Below, piece by piece: positions 22,260-32,922 of a stretch of 64,000 bases of DNA. Within the stretch, counting starts at the first letter, position 1. Each line of letters starts with the position of its first letter. Origin of the DNA: Candidatus Methanomethylicia archaeon (GTDB taxonomy: Archaea > Thermoproteota > Methanomethylicia > CALHIW01); contig JAWBQF010000011.1 of assembly GCA_038845975.1 (NCBI GenBank), forward strand, positions 1 to 64,000, given 5' to 3'. The notes under the pieces were generated by a model, which worked only from the letters and a program-made list of their open reading frames with translations, searched no databases and was not told the origin of the DNA. The position numbers and the translations under genes were made by a program.

Positions 22260-23222
22260 TTAAGGTATAAGTACTAAATCCGCAATATCTATTATAAACA
22301 TTGCTATTCTATCTAAATTGGAAATTATATTGAATAATCTTCCATTCACATTTTTCATTTCACTACCTATTTCCTCATGAAAACGTTTTACAGTTAAGAT
22401 TATGTCGTTAGCTGTTTTATAATCCTTACCTAGAAATGCTGTAATGGATTTTCTATAAAAGCCCACTATTTTATTACCGATATCAACTATCTTGCTTAGC
22501 TTAGCCTCTTCAATTGTATTATTGTTAATAATTTCTATTGAACATCTTGCTATATTAGTTGCACAATCTCCAATGGATTCTATGTAGCTTGCTGCAAGCC
22601 TATAATCAACAATATCTAATGGTGTAAGATTAAATTTGGAGATAATGTTATAGTTTTGAAGAGCACTTCTTAAAACTCTAACAAGTAGAAAGTAGAATCT
22701 ATTTATTTCCTCATCTCTTCGTGATGCTAGAAGAGCTGTATTAATGTCTTTTTTAACTAGTGATGTTATAGCATCTCTTAGAATTCCCTCAGCAATAATT
22801 CCCTCTCTACTAATAAGTTTTGATGGATGTATTGATTCGACATCAAGCATACTTTGAATAGTAATTTCATTAAGTCCTTCTTCAACAACTTCAAGACCTA
22901 TAAGAAATCTAACAGTATCTTTAATTGTTTTAACTTCATCCTCAGTTAAGCCTCTGTTTGAAACTATTTTTATTGTTTTATATCCGAGTAGATATTTACT
23001 AATAATATCACGTGAAATTGTTGAGGTAAGATGAATGGTAGCTATATTTTCCTCTTTAGCTTCATTGCTTGGCTCAATAATTAGAGATCCGTTTCTACCT
23101 ATACTAAGCTTAATAATATTGCCCTTATCTAGATTGAATTGTTCAACCCATTTCTTAGGTAGGCTTATGAAGTAACTACTTCTACCGATTTTCTGTATTC
23201 TACGATTAAACATGGATCTCAA
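22260..23222 (-). CDS. phoU: AbrB-PhoU phosphate uptake regulator
   Basis: RRIQKIGRSSYFISLPKKW AbrB domain plus two PhoU repeats (DEEINR, IESIGD). Confidence 0.88.
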   Translation of the reverse strand: MRSMFNRRIQKIGRSSYFISLPKKWVEQFNLDKGNIIKLSIGRNGSLIIEPSNEAKEENIATIHLTSTISRDIISKYLLGYKTIKIVSNRGLTEDEVKTIKDTVRFLIGLEVVEEGLNEITIQSMLDVESIHPSKLISREGIIAEGILRDAITSLVKKDINTALLASRRDEEINRFYFLLVRVLRSALQNYNIISKFNLTPLDIVDYRLAASYIESIGDCATNIARCSIEIINNNTIEEAKLSKIVDIGNKIVGFYRKSITAFLGKDYKTANDIILTVKRFHEEIGSEMKNVNGRLFNIISNLDRIAMFIIDIADLVLIP

Positions 23223-23339
23223 TTTAATTTTTAAAATATATATTTAAATTTTTTAGATGTTAATAGACTGATTAATTTGTTTAAACTGATTTAAACAAAA
23301 TATAGATAAAATTAAAATTTATTTTAATTTTTTTAGCTT

Positions 23340-24578
23340 GTGCTCCATCCATCAAAAGATATAATTAGCTCCAAAAGCAATTTACTTAAAGGTAAACGAA
23401 TTGTTCTATGTGTTTGTGGCAGTGTTTCTGCTATTAAAGCTCCTGATATTGCTCGTGAGCTCATGAGACATGGTGCTGATGTTTACCCTGTAATGAGTAA
23501 AGCTGCTTCTAAAATCATTCATCCATATCTTTTAGAGTGGGCTACTGGTAATCAAACCATTACTGAGCTTACTGGCCGTATAGAGCATGTTGAGTTTTGT
23601 GGTTTAACTGAGAGTAAAGTGGATCTTGTTCTTGTATGTCCAGCTACTGCTAATACTATTAGTAAGTCTGCTTACGGTATTGATGATACGCCTGTAACTA
23701 CATTCATATCAACAGCTATAGGATCTAATATTCCAGTAGTATTTGTTCCTGCAATGCATGAGTCATTATATAGGAATCCCTTTGTTACAGAAAATATTAA
23801 TAGACTTAAAAACAATGGAGTTATATTCATTGGACCTAAAGTTTATGAGGGTAAAGCTAAAATCGCTGATATTGAAGATATTATCGAGGCAGTAATTAGC
23901 TTCTTTACTCCTAAAATTCTTACTAATAAGAGAGTTATTGTCACTGCAGGTCCTACTAGAGAGTATCTTGATGATGTTAAATATCTCTCAACTCCAAGTA
24001 GTGGTAAAATGGGGGTTGAAATAGCTAAGGAATGTGCTGCTTCAGGTGCCTCCGTAACATTGGTATGTGGTCCTATAAATGTACACGTACCTACAGGTAT
24101 TACTATTATAAGTGTTAGCTCATGTATTGAAATGTTTAAAGCTGTAGAAAGTAGTCTTAGGAATAATAGTTATGATTATGCATTTCTTGCGGCTGCACCA
24201 GTAGATTTCACCTTTCATAAGAAACATTCAGGAAAAATACCTAGTGAGCTTGAAGAGGTTACGGTAAAGCTTGTTCAGAACCCTAAGATATCCGCAGAAA
24301 TTAAGAAAATATCTCCTAAAACAATAACTATTGGCTTTAAAGCTGAGTATGGCACTTCACTTGATGAATTGATTAATAGAGCCTATAAGAGACTTATTGA
24401 AAATAACTTAGATCTTATAGTTGCAAATGATGTTTCAAGGTCAGATATCGCTTTCGGATCTGATTATAATGAAGTCTACGTTATTGATAGATCTAAAAAT
24501 GTAATACATATACCTAAATCAAGTAAGAGGGAAGTTGCAAGAAGAATTATCGAGGTGGCTGTAAGTGTTAAGTGTTAG
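23340..24578 (+). CDS. coaBC: Phosphopantothenoylcysteine decarboxylase/ligase
   Basis: PATANTISK, PAMH, VTAGPTRE..D.V, SSGKMG, GFKAE, IVANDV. Confidence 0.95.
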   Translation: MLHPSKDIISSKSNLLKGKRIVLCVCGSVSAIKAPDIARELMRHGADVYPVMSKAASKIIHPYLLEWATGNQTITELTGRIEHVEFCGLTESKVDLVLVCPATANTISKSAYGIDDTPVTTFISTAIGSNIPVVFVPAMHESLYRNPFVTENINRLKNNGVIFIGPKVYEGKAKIADIEDIIEAVISFFTPKILTNKRVIVTAGPTREYLDDVKYLSTPSSGKMGVEIAKECAASGASVTLVCGPINVHVPTGITIISVSSCIEMFKAVESSLRNNSYDYAFLAAAPVDFTFHKKHSGKIPSELEEVTVKLVQNPKISAEIKKISPKTITIGFKAEYGTSLDELINRAYKRLIENNLDLIVANDVSRSDIAFGSDYNEVYVIDRSKNVIHIPKSSKREVARRIIEVAVSVKC

Positions 24579-25452
24579 TGGATCTGTGTATGTGCCAGTT
24601 CATGTAACTGGATTTTTTAAACCCCATATTACCGATAACCCATTAACAACAGGATCTATTGGAGCAGGGCTTGTTCTTGAACCTGGATTAAAATGTACAG
24701 TATCAGCTATTAATTCTAATTCCATAAATACATATTTTAACGGTTCCAGGATTTCAATAAAGCCTGTTAGTATATTATTAAATATGCTTAAACTAAATAA
24801 TTTAAGAGTAGATTTTAAATCTTACGCACCAATAGGATTCGGATATGGGGTTAGTGGAGCAGCAACTCTTGCTCTAGCGCTTGCTGTCCTTAGTAGTAAG
24901 TATGAATACTATAGAGCAGCTCAATTAGCTCATATAGCTGAGGTTCTATGCTTAACTGGACTTGGAGATGTATCTGCAATATTTAAAGGCTTCATGTTAA
25001 CTATTAGAGTTAAACCCGGAGCTCCAGGCATCGGTGAGGTTAAGTCTTTAAATGTTAGTAACCATATTAAAATACTAGCTGTAGATTTAAAGCCTAGACA
25101 TACTAAAGATGTGATTACTACATTAGCAGATAAAATCAATACCCATGGCCTAAAAACATATAGATGTTTCATGGAGAATCCATCTCTAGAATCCTTTTTT
25201 GATCTCTCAAGGCTCTTTGCTGAAAATGTTGGGTTTATCACACATAATATTAATGAGGCCTTAAGGAAAGTAGCTAGCCTAGTAATTGGATATACTGTTA
25301 AGAAGGGGGTTTTGCTTATAGCTGTTGATGATGATATCGTTTACGATGTTTACCTTAAAATTAAGAAGGAATTTCAGAAAGTAAGAATATTTAGTTTAGG
25401 TGGGGGGTTGAAGATTTTAGGGAAAATGGAGAATGAAATATTAAAGATTTAG
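24565..25452 (+). CDS. pok: Archaeal pantoate kinase (GHMP)
   Basis: PVHVTGFF, TGSIGAG, PIGFGYGVSGA, AHIAEV..TGLGDV; operon context. Confidence 0.9.
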   Translation: MLSVSGSVYVPVHVTGFFKPHITDNPLTTGSIGAGLVLEPGLKCTVSAINSNSINTYFNGSRISIKPVSILLNMLKLNNLRVDFKSYAPIGFGYGVSGAATLALALAVLSSKYEYYRAAQLAHIAEVLCLTGLGDVSAIFKGFMLTIRVKPGAPGIGEVKSLNVSNHIKILAVDLKPRHTKDVITTLADKINTHGLKTYRCFMENPSLESFFDLSRLFAENVGFITHNINEALRKVASLVIGYTVKKGVLLIAVDDDIVYDVYLKIKKEFQKVRIFSLGGGLKILGKMENEILKI

Positions 25453-25469
25453 TATAGTAGGTAGTAGTA

Positions 25470-26258
25470 ATGAGTATACCTGTTAATCATCCTAGACGTC
25501 AATCCTTACTAATTAGGGAAAAAATAGTAGAGGGGTTTAGAAATGGTATTGTTGTAGCTCAAGGATTGATAGCTCATGGTAGAGGGGAGGCTTTCGACTA
25601 TATTATTGGTGAAGTAACTCCTCCACCAACGTATGAAGCTATTACAGCAGCTGCAGCAGCACTCATTACTGCAAGGAAACCGGTAATATCTGTAAATGGT
25701 AATACAGCAGTACTTGTAGGTAGAGAAATAGTAAAGCTTTCAAGCATTGTAGGAGCAAATATTGAGGTAAATCTATTTCATAGAGTACCTAGTAGAGAAA
25801 TTAAGATTAGAGATTACTTAATAGAATGTGGTGCAAATAATGTTCTAGGTGTTGGTGATGATGCTTCAGCTACAATACCTGAACTTATGAGTGAACGTAG
25901 ACGTGTAAGCCCCTACGGGATTTTAGTTGCTGATGTTGTTCTAGTACCGCTTGAAGATGGTGATAGAACTGAGGCATTAACTAAGATGGGTAAAACCGTT
26001 ATAGCCATAGATTTAAATCCATTTTCAAGAACATCCAGGAAGGCAACAATAACCATAGTAGATAATGTTGTAAGAGCAATACCTATCTTAATAGATACAG
26101 TACTAAAACTAAAATGTATGACACGTGAAGATCTTGAGAATATTATTAAGAAATATGATAATAGGAAAGTTCTAAGTAGAGTTATAGAGTATCTTCACTC
26201 TAGGCTTAGGGAAGAATCAAGATTAAATCTACTCTTCGAAAAGGGCCCCAATAAGTAG
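25470..26258 (+). CDS. pps: 4-phosphopantoate--beta-alanine ligase (archaeal PPS)
   Basis: HPRRQSL, GLIAHGRGEAFDY, SVNGN, VPLEDGDR, IDLNP. Confidence 0.95.
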   Translation: MSIPVNHPRRQSLLIREKIVEGFRNGIVVAQGLIAHGRGEAFDYIIGEVTPPPTYEAITAAAAALITARKPVISVNGNTAVLVGREIVKLSSIVGANIEVNLFHRVPSREIKIRDYLIECGANNVLGVGDDASATIPELMSERRRVSPYGILVADVVLVPLEDGDRTEALTKMGKTVIAIDLNPFSRTSRKATITIVDNVVRAIPILIDTVLKLKCMTREDLENIIKKYDNRKVLSRVIEYLHSRLREESRLNLLFEKGPNK

Positions 26259-27179
26259 TGGCAATATTACTGTTGCGTCCCCTTCTATGGTTATATGTCT
26301 AGCTTTCTCATTTATCTTGCCCCATGAAATTGCTTCTTCAGTTCTTGCACCACTAAGACTTCCATCCCATTCAACAGCTGTCGTTATATAAATAGCATAG
26401 TCTAATCCATTCTTAAATTGGTTCCACCATATAGTATGATGCTTCGATATTCCTCCTCCAATTATTAATGCTCCAGTTCTCTTTGCTGTAAAAACAATAT
26501 CTGCTAGTTCCTGTTCATCCTTAAGTATGTCAATCATCATTTTTTTGGTTCTTTGAGAATGCATCCATAGTTGAAATCCAAATGCTCCATCAGTAATTCC
26601 AGGAATATATGTTAAAATTCTATTCTTGTAGCACCAATATATAATGGATTCTTCCTTTTTCTCCTCTTCTTCAAGAATTTCACCAATTCTCCAAATAAGT
26701 TCCCTAGTTGAAAGTGGATTAGTGAAATCTATTTTGCTAAATATTTCCTGGAGTTTTTCCTCAAGAATAACTCCATAGTTTTCATTAGCTATGTAAACGT
26801 TACCAAGTCTGTTTATTTCTAGACTGTGAAGTATTGAATCATCAACTTTAATTAATCCATGATGGTATGGTCTCCAAAGTCTAGCTAAGTCATGATCTAA
26901 TGTACCACATGTAGTAATAACAATATCAAAAATCTTTCTCTTTATTAGTTCCCTAATCACTCCTCTACATCCAGTAGCGATAATACATGCTGGGAAAGAT
27001 AAAAATCTCATACAATCTCTATCATTAATCATTTCCCTAATAATATTAAACCCAATACCAACCTTCTTAGCTACAAATCCTCCGCTCTGCTCCATAGCAA
27101 TAATAAGGCTTCTTAGACTTTTAATTCCACTTAAATCAATGTCCTTAACAACATTTTTAAGTATTTGTTCTCTATTCAT
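26229..27179 (-). CDS. dys: Deoxyhypusine synthase
   Basis: GGGISKHH, DGSLSGARTEEAISWGK, GDATVILP. Confidence 0.95.
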   Translation of the reverse strand: MNREQILKNVVKDIDLSGIKSLRSLIIAMEQSGGFVAKKVGIGFNIIREMINDRDCMRFLSFPACIIATGCRGVIRELIKRKIFDIVITTCGTLDHDLARLWRPYHHGLIKVDDSILHSLEINRLGNVYIANENYGVILEEKLQEIFSKIDFTNPLSTRELIWRIGEILEEEEKKEESIIYWCYKNRILTYIPGITDGAFGFQLWMHSQRTKKMMIDILKDEQELADIVFTAKRTGALIIGGGISKHHTIWWNQFKNGLDYAIYITTAVEWDGSLSGARTEEAISWGKINEKARHITIEGDATVILPLLIGALFEE

Positions 27180-27786
27180 GTAATACTAGCTGTTAACCTA
27201 CTTTTATGCTTTGCCTTTCTAATAGCTTAAAGCAAATTATGGGTTTGTATGAATCAAAATTAAGGATGTAATATATGACTTTAACTTAAGATTAGTAGTG
27301 AGTTAACATGAAGATATAGTAGATCTGTTTGATGCTGAATATCCTGTATGGAGAAATGTGTAACATGTAGAAACTGAGCTAATATGTATACAAAATTATA
27401 AATTAATAAAGTAATTGAAGTCAATATTCTTGTAAATGTAGTTCTATGATAGGCTAATATTGAGGTACTTTCCAAAATATTTAAGTTCTTATGGTTCTAC
27501 TGGAGTTTGTAAGCTTAGTAGTTATGAATGGAATTTAATTAAGTGCTTACTTCTCATATTAGGCTAGACTATAGTGATTGTGAAATTGATAATTAATGGA
27601 GTCCTATTATGTTATTACTAGCTATAGTGGAAGTGAGTGCTCAATATATCTCTAAAGTATAGGTGATGTAGTTATGGAGACTAATAAGATGAAATGATGG
27701 CTATGATGAATTTAACATAGAAACTATGTAGGAACTAATGAATCTTTAATGAAAAATTGTCAATAATAATGTTGAATTTAGTGAGT

Positions 27787-28305
27787 TTATATTCTAAAAA
27801 CTATTTTCTCATAGCCTCCTACTATTTCTCCTCTTCTAGCATTTATGATTACAATATTTTTATATGTATTAACATATCCTCTCAGTAATGTTTCTAATAC
27901 TCTAGACCTTAACGGGAAAATCCATGTAGTTTCAAAATCGTATGGTGTCTCCTCTTCATTGCTTAAGTTTTCAAAAACATTAATTCCTCTACTTAGATTT
28001 CCCTTAAACTTAATAGTGAATGCTATTGATGGACTATCTTTAAAGCCTCTATGTATCAATTGAGTATTAACAATCTTAGGTTTAGCTACTATATTATTTA
28101 TCTTAATTATTTCTTCATTAAGAAATTCCTGCATATTTAATGTAATATTTAATAAATCATTTCTTAATGCTCTAGGCTTATGAAGAAGCTTAGCATAATA
28201 TCCTTCAGGATCATAATAATCATATATAAGTATTTGATTGAATTCACCATTTCTTGAAACTGTAAAGTAGCATGTAGCATGAACAGGTTTAACATTGTTT
28301 TCCAA
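27787..28305 (-). CDS. Hypothetical protein
   Basis: 172-aa ORF with GAGG before the TTG start and an upstream TATA box; typical composition. Confidence 0.7.
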   Translation of the reverse strand: MENNVKPVHATCYFTVSRNGEFNQILIYDYYDPEGYYAKLLHKPRALRNDLLNITLNMQEFLNEEIIKINNIVAKPKIVNTQLIHRGFKDSPSIAFTIKFKGNLSRGINVFENLSNEEETPYDFETTWIFPLRSRVLETLLRGYVNTYKNIVIINARRGEIVGGYEKIVFRI

Positions 28306-28496
28306 GGCCTCACCTTATTTAAGTATCTGTATTTTAAATTTCATTTCTACATATTTAACTCTACTATCAATGCATTTCTATTTCTCATATTTTTCGTATA
28401 TGATGTAGCTATATCTTTTGTTTGCAATTCCATTTAAGATGTTAAGAATATTCTATTCTATTATTTAATAAGCTAAGCTTTATTTATAGAAGCTCT

Positions 28497-28586
28497 GAAC
28501 TAATCTGAAAACTCTTAAATATTGTTAAGACTTAATTAGGTTAGTAAGTTAACTATCAATTAATTATGGAGTTTTCAGATAGGTTC
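28497..28586. mobile_element. 90-bp MITE
   Basis: TIR GAACTAATCTGAAAACTC/GAGTTTTCAGATAGGTTC (16/18); TCT on both sides. Confidence 0.7.
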
Positions 28587-28707
28587 TCTATTTTTTATTC
28601 CTTAGTTAAGTCTCAATCAATTCTAAACAGAAACTAATAATTTTACTGCGGAATAATTTAGTAAATTTCGCAATATCTTTCACATAAAGTATTTGGATGC
28701 TAACATG

Positions 28708-28767
28708 ATTCTGTGGACTTTATATATGAGAAGTACATGTAGCTGATGGGTTAAGTTCAAAAGGCAA
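28708..28767. mobile_element. ~60-bp mini-MITE, copy C
   Basis: Near-identical reverse complement of copy D; flanks CTAACATG/TTAACATG. Confidence 0.85.
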
Positions 28768-29040
28768 TTAACATGGTGAGGTTTATATATCTGTATTATA
28801 TCTCTTTTGAGGAATAAAGCTCTATCTAGAATTTATATGAAAATTATGCAAACATACATAGATGGTTTTTCGAATCCTTATATGAAATATATGAGAAAGC
28901 ACATATTAAAATCGAGACATCATTATACACAACCTTTAATAAAAACCAGAGATAAAAGAATAGCAAGCGCAAACTTTTACATATACAATACAAAAGAAGA
29001 CATAGACACACCATATAAAGATTATTAAGTTTAGTGAAGA

Positions 29041-29265
29041 GTGGTTAATATGAGGAGAAAGATGAAAATCGATGATTTGATATTAGAGGCACTACGTGAA
29101 GCTGGGAAACCATTAACAACGATGGAGATAACAGATATGGTATTAGCCAAGAGGGAAATATGTCTAGACGAAATACCACTTTACTTGAATAGATTAGAGA
29201 AAGCAGGCTTAATAGTGAAAAAGTTTGATGTTAAAACAAAAACCTATCTTTGGAGTTTACCATGA
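29041..29265 (+). CDS. Small winged-HTH protein
   Basis: ILEALREAGKPLTTMEI..LNRLEKAGLI..W wHTH pattern. Confidence 0.8.
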   Translation: MVNMRRKMKIDDLILEALREAGKPLTTMEITDMVLAKREICLDEIPLYLNRLEKAGLIVKKFDVKTKTYLWSLP

Positions 29266-29307
29266 ATTAATTCATGATAAAATCGAGTTCTAAGTAATTA
29301 ATTATGA

Positions 29308-30066
29308 CTAATATACCTCAGCATGATCCCAAAATTTTTTTAGTTCTCTTTCAATATGTTTCTTAATGTATTGTATTTTAGCTGGGTTAAGTATTATTGT
29401 TTCCACATCGAAAATTATGTAGTTTCTTTCAGTTCTTAGTATTTTGATTTCAGGATCATCTGCAAGTTCTCCCCGAATACTTTCAACTATGTCACGAATA
29501 ATTTTTCTAGCTTCCAATGGATCAATATCAAATGGTATCCCTACATTAAACTTAGCTACAATACCACTTTGAGTTGTTTTATTTAGTATTGGATTATTTA
29601 ACATATAAACATGAGGTATTGTAACTCGTTCACCCTTAATTGTTTCAATAGTTGTTGATAGTGCATTAATATTGACTACTCTACCAGTTACTCCATTTAA
29701 TTCAATCCAATCACCTATTTTAAATGGTCTATAGACCCTTACATAGTATTCAGCTCCCATATTTCTAAGTAAATCATAAAACATTACTATTAAACCTATT
29801 ACAAGAACCCCCAAAAGAATGCTCATGGTAATAGTTTCAAGGGAGATGATGCTTATTGCAATAATTAAAGCTATGAAATATACTATTAACTTTTCAACCA
29901 TTAAAATTTTAGCGAGAAATGTAGGCTCAACATGTTGAAGTGTGCGTTTAGTAACTGATAATGTAAATCTTACTATAAGATAGGCAGCAACCATTACTAG
30001 GCCTGCTTCTACAAGTCTTAAAACTAAATTTAATGATTCATTCATTAAATCACCGATTAATTCCAA
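29308..30066 (-). CDS. mscS: Small-conductance mechanosensitive channel (MscS family)
   Basis: Three TM helices followed by RPFKIGDWI..G.V..I..ST.I.T..G..V.IP. Confidence 0.88.
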   Translation of the reverse strand: MELIGDLMNESLNLVLRLVEAGLVMVAAYLIVRFTLSVTKRTLQHVEPTFLAKILMVEKLIVYFIALIIAISIISLETITMSILLGVLVIGLIVMFYDLLRNMGAEYYVRVYRPFKIGDWIELNGVTGRVVNINALSTTIETIKGERVTIPHVYMLNNPILNKTTQSGIVAKFNVGIPFDIDPLEARKIIRDIVESIRGELADDPEIKILRTERNYIIFDVETIILNPAKIQYIKKHIERELKKFWDHAEVY

Positions 30067-30112
30067 AAGCTTTACCTAGTTCCCCATTTAAATCTATCTC
30101 TAACATTGACCT

Positions 30113-30863
30113 ATCATGCTAACTTTAGAAGTTTTATTTGAGGATGCTTCTACTCTATATTGGTTTGATTAATAGTTATGTACTCTTTTCCAGGTTAAGA
30201 ATACCATTTACATTTGTACTTCAGACTTTATTAACTTATTTTCTTTGAATGTATTTTGAGGAGGACCCAAGTAGGCTTTATCCATTAAACTATGAGGCTA
30301 CACGTAGACGTACTCATATACTTGGTGATTTATCATTAATTATTTATATATCATTAATTATTTATATCGTCATGTTAGGAGGGTTACGTTGATAAGTATA
30401 ATGTTAAGGTTCATTCATCACATGGGTTAGATTGCATTTGAAAGAAAGCGTAGAAGAGTAATCTACGTTTGCCCATCATCTACATAATGATTTTAATATC
30501 ATGTTCTTAAAGACTTTAAGGGATAAATATAGTTTTAAATTTTATTACTGATTACTTCAATGTCATGTAGCTATAGCTAATAGATTAATACAATATCAAG
30601 TTGATTAATACAAAATTCTGAGAAATCTAATGAGGCGTTTAGAGAATTTATTGGGAAGAATGATTAATACATATCATGTCATGTAGATGTAGAAAACCAT
30701 TAGAACATGCTAAAAACTAATATATGCATAACATATTAAGATTACACACATCAATAAACAATTAAACATCCTATAGAAAATGAAGAATTGAAGATGTAGA
30801 TGAAACAAAAATCTTGACAAGAGAAGTGATAAAATAGTATAAAACATTTAAGGTTAACAGAGC
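30113..30863 (+). mobile_element. IS6-family remnant (left end approximate)
   Basis: Right end AGGTTAACAGAGC matches the other IS6 TIRs; no intact ORF. Confidence 0.55.
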
Positions 30864-31639
30864 TAATTAAGATTCTGTATATGTTTAAGTTTTAACTATT
30901 TCAAAGTTATGTTCAATTTGTTTATGAAACCAATTACTGTCTCTTTAACTTTTAGGGGAGATCGTGAAACTTAGGTAAATAGTCGGCCAGGTCATTCCTT
31001 TAAATTTAATAAAGAATAGTAGTAATAGGATTAGTAGAGAATGTGGAAGAGAAGAGTAAATATTACGTGCTTACCTTTAGATAAATTCCCCTCAATGTTA
31101 AATGTATAAACCTACCCCCAAGGGTTATAAGGTAGATTTATTAGTTATAAAAATTAGGGGTTAAAAAAGTTATAAATCATTAAAATTCTCTTCAATTCCT
31201 AATAAAAGCTACAGTAATGAAGAATCTTTTATGTTGTTTCTTCATCAGGAAGTAAAGAGATAATAGTATTATGACGAACGTTTAGGTAAAACTCGAAAAG
31301 AATCAAGAAAGTATGAGAAAGATGGAAGTATATAGTGTAGCTATGTCACCATTACTTATTATAAGAATGATATACTTCATGACTATTACAATGCTCCATA
31401 TCCTCTTGATGTTCTCTATAAAAATCGACAAAATAAATAATGGAAGATATAAAGTAGTTCTGTATTATGGCAGCAGCTAATACCTATCAGATAGGGTATT
31501 TGATTATTATGATTTCTCACTAAAGGAGGTAATAAACTTACTCTTCGAACGCTGAGCATATAACATTGATGTTACTCTAGTATGTTATGGTAGAGGCTTC
31601 ACTAAACTAGGAGTGTGATCCGTGTCGTTTAGAATTTAG

Positions 31640-32290
31640 TTAAACTATTAATCCCTCAATTATTTTTTTCAAGTTATCTATATTTTCTATTATGATTTTT
31701 GCTCTATCTTTAACGATATTGTTTTTAGGATTTATGGCTATTGGTAATGCGGAGTCAATAAACATGCAAGCATCTGGTAATCCGTCTCCTATAGTAATTA
31801 CGTCTTTTTCAGATCTAATGTTAAAGTTTTGTGAAATTTTATTTAAACTCACTCTTTTACATTTAGGACATTTGATACACCATGGGGTTTCAAATATTAG
31901 ATCATTAATTACAATATCTCCAACTATTCTTCCATTCCTAACTTTTAATGGAACAGCCTCTATGAAATCCAGGTTAAGATTTTCAAGAATTTTAACTGCA
32001 ATTACATCATATGTTATTGTTATAACTCCTACTTTCATTTTTCTATCCTTAAAGTATTTTATAACTTCAATCCACTTACTATTAATAAGATCCTTAAATA
32101 AGTCATTAAGCTCTAATATACTTACTCCTTTTAGAAGCTCTGCAATCATTTTCGATTTTAATCTTTCATCTATACTTAAGTTTAAAACTTTAATAACTTT
32201 ATCTTCTATCTTTAAATGCTTAGATAGAATAATTATTGATCTTCCACTAATTAGTGTCCCATCTAGATCTAAAACTACCATTCTATACAT
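31640..32290 (-). CDS. HAD phosphatase (SerB-like; candidate glucosyl-phosphoglycerate phosphatase)
   Basis: DLDGTL motif I, IGDGLPD motif IV, extra CxxCxxC. Confidence 0.85.
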   Translation of the reverse strand: MYRMVVLDLDGTLISGRSIIILSKHLKIEDKVIKVLNLSIDERLKSKMIAELLKGVSILELNDLFKDLINSKWIEVIKYFKDRKMKVGVITITYDVIAVKILENLNLDFIEAVPLKVRNGRIVGDIVINDLIFETPWCIKCPKCKRVSLNKISQNFNIRSEKDVITIGDGLPDACMFIDSALPIAINPKNNIVKDRAKIIIENIDNLKKIIEGLIV

Positions 32291-32292
32291 AT

Positions 32293-32922
32293 TTACTTCT
32301 TCAGCATTTTCTTTACAGCTTCACTAAATTCCTTACCAGATCCGATCACTAATAGTAAATCTCCCTTAGTAACCACATTGTCATCAGCTGGTTTTCCATT
32401 ACGTATAAGAACTACCTTAATATTTTCATCTTCTACAATGCTTGTTGGACTTCTAAATTTTAATACTGAAAAATTAAATCCACATTCATCCTCTTTAAGG
32501 ATTGGTATACAGCCATGTTGTCTTATTTTTAATTCAAGAACTCTTAATGCTAAACCTATAGGATCAAGTACTATATCTGCTCCTGACTTTTTTATTATTT
32601 CAGAGTTTAAAGGATTATTAACAACTCCAATAACAAAAGGTACACCATAAACTCTTTTAGCAGCTTCGCATAGCCTAATGTTTAAAGTATCTATTTCCGT
32701 TGATGCGACAAATACGTCGCAAATTGAAATGTTTGCCTTTTCAAATGTTTTAGGATTCTCTAGATCACCCCATAGAGGTTCAGCATTAAATTGTTTAGCT
32801 ATAACTGTAGCTCTCTCCTGACTTCTTTCAATAATAGTGATTATTGCCTTTTTATCAGATGAAACTATAGTTCTTAGAATAAACTGTGATGTATGCCCAC
32901 CCCCAACTACTATATACCTCAC
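32293..32922 (-). CDS. TrkA/RCK-domain protein
   Basis: IVVGGG, GD..P..FEKANI..D.FVA.T..D..N; short RCK_C-like tail. Confidence 0.85.
   Translation of the reverse strand: MRYIVVGGGHTSQFILRTIVSSDKKAIITIIERSQERATVIAKQFNAEPLWGDLENPKTFEKANISICDVFVASTEIDTLNIRLCEAAKRVYGVPFVIGVVNNPLNSEIIKKSGADIVLDPIGLALRVLELKIRQHGCIPILKEDECGFNFSVLKFRSPTSIVEDENIKVVLIRNGKPADDNVVTKGDLLLVIGSGKEFSEAVKKMLKK

Noticed and set aside
26229-26258. 30-bp convergent overlap of pps and dys
   Set aside because: Short 3' overlaps are common in compact archaeal genomes
28807-29028. 73-aa ORF
   Set aside because: TTG start, no motif; its 3' part probably overlaps the promoter region of 29041
30331-30366. 18-bp tandem duplication TATCATTAATTATTTATA x2
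   Set aside because: Slippage within an IS relic; no spacers, so not CRISPR
31692-32327. 211-aa plus-strand ORF, and similar antisense ORFs (e.g. 1297-1584, 5879-6313, 13185-13592, 37957-38373, 47153-47575)
   Set aside because: Shadows of well-supported genes; Ile/Ser/Leu-rich with no motifs
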